Both the position numbers and the translations under genes were made by a program. Positions 56,173-64,000 of a stretch of 64,000 bases of DNA are shown here, piece after piece. How positions within the stretch are numbered: the stretch's first letter is position 1; every line of letters begins with the position of its first letter. The notes under the pieces were generated by a model. It did not search any database. It had not been told where the DNA came from and saw only the letters and a list, made by a program, of their open reading frames with translations. The DNA is from a candidate division FCPU426 bacterium (lineage in GTDB: Bacteria > Oederibacteriota > JAAXVQ01 > JAUVAV01). The stretch lies in NCBI GenBank assembly GCA_040756875.1, contig JBFLYH010000001.1, positions 1,341,367 to 1,405,366 on the forward strand, read 5' to 3'.

Positions 56173-59100
56173 TTATCGGATAATAGCGACCTTTTTAGTT
56201 TCAGAAAAAACGATTCTTCCGTTCGCGTCAAGTATCCTGATCCGAGCTAAATACACCCCTGGCGCCTGGTCCGAACAATTCCAGAGCAGGGTCATGGTCT
56301 GCCCCCGGCCAGCCTGTTGATTCTCGATCAAATGCGCCACGCGCTCTCCTGCCAACTGGTAAATATCAATGGTGACCGTATAATTGCCGCTGCGGGTATA
56401 AGCGAAGGTCGTCCGGTTACGGGCCGGGTTGGGATAGACCATGACCCGGCCTGCCTCCAGCCAGGGCGTAGGCGAAGGCGTGGCTGTGTTCAGCGTGCCG
56501 GCACCGATCGCGTTGTCAGGCGTGGGGCTGATGGTGAAGGTCGGAGTGGGCGTGGGCGGCAAGGCATAGATTCTCACTGAATCAGCCAGTAAATAACTGC
56601 CCGGGCTTCCTTCCAGCGTCAGTTGGATAAAAAAACTCTGGCTGCCGCTGCGACCCATGACCGTGGGAATGTCGAACACAAAACTTCCGGTCTGGGAGGT
56701 CAACGGCATGAGCGTCCAGAAGGACCACGCCCCGCCGTTTTCCTGGATGCCCGCGTTCCACACTGCGCCGGGCGAGAGGCCGAGCACCCGGAGTTCCAGC
56801 CGGTTATACTGGGAAACATTGCACGTTAAAGCCGGAGAAAGCACCTTGCCCCAGGTGTCGTCCGCCGTGCGGGTAAGCGCGGCGCAGGACGGCGAGGCAG
56901 AGTAGGCCAGATGACAATCAAAGGCCGGGTTCTCGCTTTCATCGCTCCACCCCGGCGGTTGCACCCAAAACGTCCCGTTGAAGTCCTCCAGCCAGAAGGT
57001 GTCGGCCGGCGTCGGACTCGGGGTCGGCCGGTTGCCGTTCACCACGCTGACGTTTTCGACCAGCACCCAGGAGTTGTCCAACGAAAACTGGCTTTCCACA
57101 CCGCCGACCGCCACGGTGAAATACTGGAGCCCACTTTGCAGGGAGAGCGGCAGGTAGTGGCGTAGATTGAATTTGAAAGCCCCCTTCACCGGGGAATCAT
57201 AGTGCATGCGGACCGAATACCCGCTGGGAGTGTTGCTTAAAAAGGCGTACCATTTTCCATAGAGGTCTTTGATATCGATGCGCAGGTCAGCCTCCTGGTC
57301 CATGTCAACGCTGAACGGGTAAATTTTTTCGATCGAGCCGTACCCGTAAGGCTCAGCCCCGCGATACAGGTCATAGATCCTGACCCCATTCTCCAGCGGC
57401 GCAAACTGGGCGCGATTATAAACCGGCGTCCACTGGGCGGTGACGCCCGGCAGCTGGGTGTTGAGCATGATCTGCTCGCCCCCCGCAGCCGGAGGCACCA
57501 CGGTCCAGGGGTCGGACGGCCGGGGCACTGGTCCCGGGTTTTTCAGGTTGCTGCCTGTGTAAGCAGTGGCGTTCACCTCGGCCCCGGACCGCAGCAGTCC
57601 GGCCGCCGTGAACAGCCCCATCAAATGCGGCGTCCCGTCTTGTTCGGTGTCGTTGAGCAGCCACACCAGCCCGCCCGCGAGGTCGGTCTGGTAGATGCTG
57701 TCCCAGACATGGGTGAAATAGTCGCTCACTTCCGCCGCCGGCGGGCTGAGGTTGAAATCCATCCCAAACTCTTCAAACAGTATGGGTTTAACCTGGCCTA
57801 ATGATTGCATCAGGGTTCTGGCTTGCATGGCCGCGCCGATATAAGCGTCCCTGCGGTCGTAATAGTGAATGGTCACCACATCCACAGGCGCCAGATCCAG
57901 GCTGCGCAGGCTGTCCGGCCAGGCCGTAGCCGCTATCACCAAATGATTGGGATCCAGGCTCTGCATATACCCCGCCAGATCCTGGTGCCAATCCAAGGCG
58001 TACGGATGAGCTGTCAAATCACCGTTAACCAGCGCCACATAGACATCCAACTCGTTGGTGACGCCCCACCCTAAAATGCGGTCGTCGTCCCGGAACCGCT
58101 CCAGAATGAGGCGCACATGGTTCTTTTGGTCCGTTCGGGTCGCGGGAGAATAATTCCGCGTATAGGGGAAAAACGTGAATTCCACTTTCAACCCCGCTTT
58201 GTCCGCAAAGTACAGGAATTGTTCCATGCGGGCCAACATCTCGGGCTTGACCGCGGCCCCGCCGAATTCATCATAATGGATGAACGTGCGGATGGTGTTG
58301 AATCCCAGGCCGGTCGCGCGGCTCAGCTCGGTTTCGATCATGGCTTGATCCCATTCCACCCACATCTTTTGCCAGCCGTGCGCCGAGGGATAGTAATTGG
58401 CCCCTTTGATTTTAACGATCGTTCCCTGCAACTCCAATTGTTCGGGGTCCGCGCCGCTGACCCGGACGAAATCACCGGCCGCCGCCTGGCGGCGGTTCCC
58501 GAATACCCGCACACTCTCCACCGTGATTTGTTCGCCCGCCGCCCCTTCCACGGTAATTTGCACCACGATATCCTTTTCGCCGGACCAGCCGATGATCTGG
58601 GCGTAATCAAACTCGAAAACCCCGTCCGTGGTCTGACTGGCGCATAAATCCCAGTAATTTGAAGTCCCATTTTCCAAAATGCCCACTTTCCACGAAACCG
58701 CGGAAGAAAAGCTGCTGACATTGATCTCCAGGCGGTTATAGGCGTTGACATCACAGCGAATGGGCGAGGACAACACCTTGCCCCAGACATCCTCCGCAGT
58801 GCGCACGATTGCAGCCGACGAAACGCCGCTGTAGTTTATCTCGGCGTTGAAAGTCGCATCATCCGTTTCATCGAACCAATTGGAGGGCTGGAGGCCTGCG
58901 GTGCCGGTAAAATCCTCATGCCATATGTCCGCCGTCAGGGCGCTGGGCGTGGGGGTACGGGTCGGCGTTGAAGTCGGCCCGTCGGGCGTGAAGCTTGGGG
59001 TGGGCGTGGGGCTGGCCGTCGGAGTGGGTGGAGCCGAACGCACGCTCACATAATCCGCCACCAGATACTTCCCCACACCTCCCTCCACGGTCAATTGAAC

Positions 59101-59673
59101 GTAAAAATCCTTCGTGCCGCTCCATCCCATGGCTGAAGCATAGGGATATATGAAAGTTCCGATCTGGCTCTGGCTCGCGCACAGGCTTTGGTACGTCCAG
59201 GAACCCCCATATTCCTGTATACCGATCTTCCAGGTGGTGGTCGGTGAAAGCCCGGCGATCTTGACTTCTACATAACCAAACTGGCTGGTATCGCAATGCA
59301 AAAGCGGCGAAAAAACCTTGCCCCAGACATCTTCGGCGGTCCTGGTTACCGCGGCCAGGGACGGTTGAAAGGAATAAGCTATTTCTGCATTGTAGGTATT
59401 GACATCCGTTTCGTCCTGCCATCCGGCCGGTTGTAGTCCGGGTGTACCTCCGTTAAAATCATCCCGCCAGAATTCAATCACCGGTGTGGCGGTCGGGGAG
59501 GGCGTGAGGGTAAACGTTACGGTTGCGGTGGGAGAAGGTGTCTGGGTATCCGTATCTGTCGGAGTAAACGTAGGGGAGGCTGCCATGACGGTGTTGAAAA
59601 TGCAAAAAAACATCACTATGTTAAAAGTAATGATTCCTGCCCACGTTCTCTGCTTCCCAGGCATGACAGCCAT
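56173..59673 (-). CDS. 1166-aa secreted protein: three copies of the uncharacterised ~145-aa domain, a central clan GH-A (GH5-like) TIM-barrel glycoside hydrolase, and a T9SS-type CTD
   Basis: Domain copies begin FWRDDFNGGTPGLQPAGWQDETD, IWHEDFTGTAGLQPSNWFDETD and FWLEDFNGTFWVQPPGWSDESE. GH-A region: GFNTIRTF...GWGVTNELD (acid/base NE)...VVTIHYYD...ILFEEFG (nucleophile E). CTD: VYPNPARNRTTFAY...GVYLARIRILDANGRIVFSETKKVAIIR. Confidence 0.75.
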   Translation of the reverse strand: MAVMPGKQRTWAGIITFNIVMFFCIFNTVMAASPTFTPTDTDTQTPSPTATVTFTLTPSPTATPVIEFWRDDFNGGTPGLQPAGWQDETDVNTYNAEIAYSFQPSLAAVTRTAEDVWGKVFSPLLHCDTSQFGYVEVKIAGLSPTTTWKIGIQEYGGSWTYQSLCASQSQIGTFIYPYASAMGWSGTKDFYVQLTVEGGVGKYLVADYVSVRSAPPTPTASPTPTPSFTPDGPTSTPTRTPTPSALTADIWHEDFTGTAGLQPSNWFDETDDATFNAEINYSGVSSAAIVRTAEDVWGKVLSSPIRCDVNAYNRLEINVSSFSSAVSWKVGILENGTSNYWDLCASQTTDGVFEFDYAQIIGWSGEKDIVVQITVEGAAGEQITVESVRVFGNRRQAAAGDFVRVSGADPEQLELQGTIVKIKGANYYPSAHGWQKMWVEWDQAMIETELSRATGLGFNTIRTFIHYDEFGGAAVKPEMLARMEQFLYFADKAGLKVEFTFFPYTRNYSPATRTDQKNHVRLILERFRDDDRILGWGVTNELDVYVALVNGDLTAHPYALDWHQDLAGYMQSLDPNHLVIAATAWPDSLRSLDLAPVDVVTIHYYDRRDAYIGAAMQARTLMQSLGQVKPILFEEFGMDFNLSPPAAEVSDYFTHVWDSIYQTDLAGGLVWLLNDTEQDGTPHLMGLFTAAGLLRSGAEVNATAYTGSNLKNPGPVPRPSDPWTVVPPAAGGEQIMLNTQLPGVTAQWTPVYNRAQFAPLENGVRIYDLYRGAEPYGYGSIEKIYPFSVDMDQEADLRIDIKDLYGKWYAFLSNTPSGYSVRMHYDSPVKGAFKFNLRHYLPLSLQSGLQYFTVAVGGVESQFSLDNSWVLVENVSVVNGNRPTPSPTPADTFWLEDFNGTFWVQPPGWSDESENPAFDCHLAYSASPSCAALTRTADDTWGKVLSPALTCNVSQYNRLELRVLGLSPGAVWNAGIQENGGAWSFWTLMPLTSQTGSFVFDIPTVMGRSGSQSFFIQLTLEGSPGSYLLADSVRIYALPPTPTPTFTISPTPDNAIGAGTLNTATPSPTPWLEAGRVMVYPNPARNRTTFAYTRSGNYTVTIDIYQLAGERVAHLIENQQAGRGQTMTLLWNCSDQAPGVYLARIRILDANGRIVFSETKKVAIIR

Positions 59674-59793
59674 AAACCCCCCAGAAGTCTGACGACTCTG
59701 GCTAACCCCTGCTTATATTGTATCCTTAAAAATCCCTATAAACACTATCTATATTTAGACTAGCTCATTTAGCTAATATTTCCGTTTTTCCAA

Positions 59794-59832
59794 ATAAAAA
59801 GGGGGGCAGAGGTTATCCCTCCGCCCCCCCCT
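59794..59832 (-). terminator. rho-independent terminator downstream of 59850..62333
   Basis: + strand AAAAAGGGGGGCAGAGG-ttat-CCCTCCGCCCCCCCC. On the minus transcript this is a 10/11-bp GC hairpin followed by UUUUUAUUUGG. Confidence 0.65.
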
Positions 59833-59849
59833 AAAGGCACAAACATAGT

Positions 59850-62333
59850 TTATTTGATAATAGCGACTTTTTTCTTCTCTTTCATAAGCACCTGTCCGCC
59901 TGCATCCGTGATTACAATCCGGCATAAATATACGCCCGGCGCCACGTTCACCGCATCCCAGGCAGTCCTCAACGTCTGGCCGGTTCCGCCGTTTACCGTT
60001 TCCGTGACCGAAGCCACCCGTTCACCCGCCAGCGTAAAGATATCGATGGTTACTTTCCCCGCGCCGGGCACGGTGTAGGCAAAAAACACTTTGCCTTTGG
60101 CCGGGTTGGGATAGGGCAAGACCTGGTTGGCAGCCACGAAAGGCGTGGCCGTCGGGGTGGCGGTCGGCGTGGGGGTATTCATTGCCAGTTGCGCGGTTGG
60201 CTCAGGCGTGGGGGTCAAGGTCAGGGTTGGAACGGGTGTGGAGGTTGCCGAAAAAGTTGGAGTCGCGGGTATGTAGATGGCGCCTAGTACGGTCTCTTCG
60301 CCGCCCACACGCACCCAATCCACTTCCACGGCCTTGCCCGGCGCACCCTCCACGGTCAGCTGGACGCGGAAGGCGTGCGTACCACTCCATCCTGTTGCGG
60401 TTGCGTAATTATACTTGTATGTTCCGGTTCCGGTCTGACTTCCGCTGAGGTTGTAGTAGGTCCAACTGCCCTCAGCCTCCTGGATGCCGACTTTCCAGCT
60501 GGCGTCGACGCTCACCGAAGCCACGGCTACCTCCACATAGCTATATACCGAAACATTGCAGTTGATGACCGGCGAAAGCACTTTGCCCCATTCACCCTCG
60601 GCGGTGCGCGTTACCGCGGCCAGTGAGCTGACCGCGGAGTAAGCGATTTCGGCGTTGAAATTGGCGTCATCCGTTTCGTCCATCCAGTTCGCGGGTTGTT
60701 GCCCCTGGGTGCCCGCAAAATTCTCGAAATACGCATTGCTCGGTGTCGGAGTGGGAGTGGGCGTTATGGTCGGCGTGGGGGTGGGCGAGGGCATGCCTTC
60801 ACGGTGAATCCGCACCTGGTCAAACGTGACAACGCAATTGCCGCCCTCGGAAATCAGTTCCACCCCCAGGTTTTTCACCCCGCTCCAGCCGGAGGCGGTC
60901 GGGATGTCGAAGGAATAGGTGCCCGGCGCCGCCAGCGAACCGCTGCAGACATGCTCCTCCCACCCGCCGGCCTGGCTGAACACCGCGATCTTGGCCGTGC
61001 CGCCCGAAATGGCCGAGATCGTCACCTCCAGAGTGCTGTACAGGTTCAAATTCACATCCGCAGAATAGGACAGCACTTTGCCCCACTCCTGGCCGGAGAC
61101 CGTGGTCACTTCGGCCAGGCTGTCTGTGGCCGCGTAGGCGATCTGGGCGTTCATGCCGCCGTCGTCCGATTCATCGTACCATCCTGCCGGCTGCGCCCCC
61201 TGCGAGCCGCCGGAGAAGTGCTGGTTCCAGAACAGGGGGTTGTTTTCCCACCAGTCGATCCGGTCGCCCCCGAACGTGGGCGCGACGACATCGGCATCGC
61301 CATCCCCGTCCACGTCAGCGGTTATCACATCAATCACGCCCCCGTAATTGTCATCGATGACATGGGCGGTGATATTTTCGGAGCCGTCGTTCTCCCACCA
61401 GACGATGTCACAGGAATCCTTGGCGCAGCCGACCACATCCAGGTCCCCGTCATTGTCCATGTCGGCCGCCAGGACGGATTGCGCTCCGTCGAAGCCGGTG
61501 GCGATGACATGTTTGGTAAAACTCATCGACAGGTTGTTCTCATACCACGCAACCGTATCCTGCCCTTCGGAAGCCGCCAAAATGTCCACGTCGTTGTCCT
61601 GGTCCAAATCCACAGCCACCACATCCGTAGGATCGATAAAATTCGAGTCGACTACCCTCTCGGTATATTTATCGAGAGAAGGGTCGTATTCAAGGACCAA
61701 AATGTCCTCGACATCAACTGCGCCTGCAATGACATCAATATCCCCGTCATTGTCCATATCACCGGCGTCGATGAAATAAGTATACTTCGGATTGACGAAG
61801 ACGTTTTTTTCAACAAAGCCGCCGGAGCCGTTGTTGATCCATTTGATAATATCGCCCTGGTATATCTTGCTGCAGAGCACGTCCAGATCATTGTCCAGGT
61901 CCAAATCCTTGACCCTTATCTTTTTGATCCAGGCAAATTCCGGGTATGGCTCCGAGGTCATGTTGTGGTGGGTGAAATTCTCCGAGCCGTCGTTCTCCAG
62001 CCACATGGAACGGCTGCCGCCGACGGCAATATCCACATCCCCGTCCCCGTCCAAATCGCCGGCACTGACCGTATCATCATACTTGATATTTGTCCCGGCC
62101 GTATGCCTGATAAAATTGCCGACACCGTCATTTTCCCACCAATAAACCGTTTGCTCCACAATGCCAATAATGTCCATATCGCCGTCAGTATCCAAATCCG
62201 CAGCGCAAATTTCCAAAGGTCCATCGACGCTATCCTCGACTTCGCGTTTTTGAAAGTCACTGCTCCAAGCCAAGGATTGCAGTAAAAGCAAGGCCGCACC
62301 CAACATGCCGTACCGGACGATTGAATTGCGCAT
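59850..62333 (-). CDS. 827-aa secreted protein: FG-GAP/VCBS-like beta-propeller, two copies of the uncharacterised ~145-aa domain, T9SS-type CTD
   Basis: Signal peptide. Six-plus blades with DxDxDGDxDI(V/A) motifs (DLDTDGDMDIIG, DLDGDGDVDIAVG, DMDNDGDIDVIAG...). Domain copies begin FWNQHFSGGSQGAQPAGWYDESDD and AYFENFAGTQGQQPANWMDETDD. CTD: PYPNPAKGKVFFAY...GVYLCRIVITDAGGQVLMKEKKKVAIIK. Confidence 0.75.
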   Translation of the reverse strand: MRNSIVRYGMLGAALLLLQSLAWSSDFQKREVEDSVDGPLEICAADLDTDGDMDIIGIVEQTVYWWENDGVGNFIRHTAGTNIKYDDTVSAGDLDGDGDVDIAVGGSRSMWLENDGSENFTHHNMTSEPYPEFAWIKKIRVKDLDLDNDLDVLCSKIYQGDIIKWINNGSGGFVEKNVFVNPKYTYFIDAGDMDNDGDIDVIAGAVDVEDILVLEYDPSLDKYTERVVDSNFIDPTDVVAVDLDQDNDVDILAASEGQDTVAWYENNLSMSFTKHVIATGFDGAQSVLAADMDNDGDLDVVGCAKDSCDIVWWENDGSENITAHVIDDNYGGVIDVITADVDGDGDADVVAPTFGGDRIDWWENNPLFWNQHFSGGSQGAQPAGWYDESDDGGMNAQIAYAATDSLAEVTTVSGQEWGKVLSYSADVNLNLYSTLEVTISAISGGTAKIAVFSQAGGWEEHVCSGSLAAPGTYSFDIPTASGWSGVKNLGVELISEGGNCVVTFDQVRIHREGMPSPTPTPTITPTPTPTPSNAYFENFAGTQGQQPANWMDETDDANFNAEIAYSAVSSLAAVTRTAEGEWGKVLSPVINCNVSVYSYVEVAVASVSVDASWKVGIQEAEGSWTYYNLSGSQTGTGTYKYNYATATGWSGTHAFRVQLTVEGAPGKAVEVDWVRVGGEETVLGAIYIPATPTFSATSTPVPTLTLTPTPEPTAQLAMNTPTPTATPTATPFVAANQVLPYPNPAKGKVFFAYTVPGAGKVTIDIFTLAGERVASVTETVNGGTGQTLRTAWDAVNVAPGVYLCRIVITDAGGQVLMKEKKKVAIIK

Positions 62334-62475
62334 GCCACACCTCCGAGTTAATCAGGCAAATCCCCCAAGTCTTTATACCTTGGGGTTGAATATGGGGTAG
62401 ACGCAAATGTCTCACATTTTATTACATTTATTTTTGCTTATTATATACATGGTTTCTATTTGGCGTATAAATAAT

Positions 62476-62512
62476 TGAAAAAGGGGCGGGCTGCCACTGG
62501 CCACCCGCCCCC
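62476..62512 (-). terminator. rho-independent terminator downstream of 62546..64000
   Basis: + strand AAAAAGGGGCGGG-ctgccactggcca-CCCGCCCC. On the minus transcript this is a perfect 8-bp GC stem followed by U5. Confidence 0.7.
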
Positions 62513-62545
62513 GTGCGAAAGAACGCCCACAGCTGCGTTCTGTGC

Positions 62546-64000
62546 CTACTTGATCAGCGCCACTTTCTTGGTCTGGTTGAGGACGATCTTCCCTTCCCCG
62601 TCTGTTACCACGACCCGCACCAGGTAAATCCCCGGAGCCACACCGGCGGCCTTCCAGCTGGTGGTCAGCGTCTGGCCCGTGCCCTGCTTGTGTTCCACAA
62701 TGCTCGCCACCCTTTCGCCGGTCAGGCGGAAGATGTCGATTTGGACTTTCACCGGCCCGTTAACCGTGTAGGCGAAATTCACCTGCCCGCGCGCTGGATT
62801 GGGATAGGCCGCCACGGTTTGCGCCTTGACAAAGGGCGTGGAAGTGGAAACCGGCGTCGGCGTGCCCGTGGCTGCGGATATAATCGTTTCCGGCGTGCTG
62901 GTCTTGGTGGCCGTGGGAGTCGGGGTCGGCGTCGAGGTAAGGGTGGAAGTCGGCGGAATGTAGATAATGGCAGCCTGGGCTTCCTGCTGCATGAGTTGGT
63001 CGCCCACGGCCTGCGCTTCAGCCTGAGTTTCAAAGTTCATGCTGGCAGTTATCTTTTCATCCATCCGTTCCACTGACGCGGCGCTTACCCACCAATCCGG
63101 CACCACGATAATGGGAACATAGCTGATTCCTCCCAATCCCTGGTTGTCCACACTGATGATATTGACCTCCCAGTTCTTGTTGCCGGCGGTGAAGGCGGCA
63201 CTGGCCGGTTCTCCGGCAGGACCGGTGATGCGCGTGACTTCTTTCACTCCGCCGAAAGTGCCGGAACCGGTTATCACGCGGTAACGCAGGGTGATACTCG
63301 GCTGCGGTGTAAGTTGATAGAGCGAAGTCGCCAAGATATTCTGGGTATGCGTAGTGTGCATGAAGTAAGACAATTCCGGCCAGGCCCTAACCCTTTGCGG
63401 AGTTTTCGGTGTCGGCGTGGGCGTCGGCGTGATCGTCGTTTCCGAAGTTGAGGTATACGTCTCGGTCGGCGTATGGGTATAGGTGTAGGTTTCCGTCGGC
63501 GTCTCGGTGAGTGTCGGAGTCAGCGTCGGGGTATAGGTCGGCGTATCCGTTGCCGTGTCGGTCCACGTTTCGGTCGGGGTCTCGGTCGGCGTGTCCGTGG
63601 GCGTGTCGGTCGGGGTCTCGGTATACGTGTACGTCGGTGTCTCAGTTGGGGTGTCGGTCGGGGTGTCAGTTGGCGTCTCGGTCCACGTTTCAGTCGGAGT
63701 CTCGGTCGGTGTATCCGTGGGCATGTCAGTCGGGGTCTCGGTATACGTGTACGTCGGTGTCTCAGTTGGGGTGTCGGTCGGGGTGTCGGTTGGCGTCTCT
63801 GTCCACGTTTCGGTCGGTGTCTCGGTCGGTGTATCCGTGGGCGTGTCAGTCGGGGTCTCGGTATACGTGTACGTCGGTGTCTCAGTTGGGGTGTCGGTCG
63901 GGGTGTCAGTTGGCGTCTCGGTCCACGTTTCAGTCGGAGTCTCGGTCGGTGTATCCGTGGGCGTGTCAGTCGGGGTCTCGGTATACGTGTACGTCGGTGT
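62546..64000 (-). CDS. secreted repeat protein with T9SS-type CTD, 5' end outside the window (frame stays open through the 120-bp tandem repeats to position 64000)
   Basis: CTD: [38 protein letters not shown]...[29 protein letters not shown] central ~150-aa globular region ([10 protein letters not shown]...[16 protein letters not shown]). N-terminal (TPTDTPTE)n. The track's start at 63724 is just the only ATG in an otherwise open repeat frame. Confidence 0.65.
   Translation of the reverse strand, partial: TPTYTYTETPTDTPTDTPTETPTETWTETPTDTPTDTPTETPTYTYTETPTDTPTDTPTETPTETWTETPTDTPTDTPTETPTYTYTETPTDMPTDTPTETPTETWTETPTDTPTDTPTETPTYTYTETPTDTPTDTPTETPTETWTDTATDTPTYTPTLTPTLTETPTETYTYTHTPTETYTSTSETTITPTPTPTPKTPQRVRAWPELSYFMHTTHTQNILATSLYQLTPQPSITLRYRVITGSGTFGGVKEVTRITGPAGEPASAAFTAGNKNWEVNIISVDNQGLGGISYVPIIVVPDWWVSAASVERMDEKITASMNFETQAEAQAVGDQLMQQEAQAAIIYIPPTSTLTSTPTPTPTATKTSTPETIISAATGTPTPVSTSTPFVKAQTVAAYPNPARGQVNFAYTVNGPVKVQIDIFRLTGERVASIVEHKQGTGQTLTTSWKAAGVAPGIYLVRVVVTDGEGKIVLNQTKKVALIK
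63555..64000. repeat. near-perfect 120-bp tandem repeat (at least 3.7 copies, continues past window end), coding for a 40-aa [40 protein letters not shown] unit
   Basis: Lines at 63601, 63721, 63841 and 63961 are in register with 0-3 mismatches per copy. Period 120 nt = 40 codons, so frame is preserved. Confidence 0.8.

Noticed and set aside
63555-64000. Possible CRISPR array suggested by regular repeats
   Set aside because: Period is 120 bp with no unique spacers. The repeats are in-frame coding sequence of a Thr/Pro-rich protein.

Overview
This 64-kb window has roughly 60% GC. The mix of families suggests a Gram-negative anaerobe, possibly from a candidate phylum; this is inference, not a database hit. 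Evidence: outer-membrane beta-barrels, a TolB/Pal-like protein, LD-carboxypeptidase, an electron-bifurcating-type [FeFe]-hydrogenase operon, rubredoxin, radical SAM enzymes, and many secreted proteins ending in T9SS-type or FlgD-Ig-type C-terminal sorting domains. Layout by region:
- 1-5991: CHASE2 sensor fragment, MiaB/MtaB methylthiotransferase, a secreted Cache protein with a methyl-accepting chemotaxis protein, and a porin.
- 6064-16624: a 1271-aa beta-helix/propeller surface protein, then a tandemly duplicated two-gene module (about 600-aa secreted barrel-like protein plus about 480-aa Ig-like lipoprotein).
- 17561-24404: FadL/PorV-family barrel, fba, and a hydB-hydA-hydC [FeFe]-hydrogenase operon.
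- 24498-31577: second-messenger genes (GGDEF, PilZ, CheY-like receiver), rmlC, spmA/spmB, ldcA, and a rubredoxin ORF that is missing from the ORF track.
- 31593-49752: a long minus-strand cluster. It contains an SPFH protein, an M16 peptidase, an EndoQ-like PHP protein, two paralogous small proteins, a radical SAM enzyme, nrdR, Wzy-like/TPR, wecB, a WecA-like GT4 transferase, dCMP deaminase, glyA, rpiB, a LMW phosphatase, and a translationally coupled class III adenylate cyclase and HD-GYP phosphodiesterase with homologous sensor domains.
- 50030-64000: a TolB-like propeller/OmpA-like lipoprotein, then an island of secreted cargo proteins. Three consecutive cargo genes carry six copies of an apparently uncharacterised ~145-aa domain. 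One of these proteins also contains a GH5-like glycoside hydrolase barrel.
The most interesting candidate systems are this cargo island with its FadL/PorV-like barrel partners and the duplicated barrel-plus-lipoprotein module. All calls come from reading the six-frame translations and the nucleotide sequence by eye. No database searches were run.
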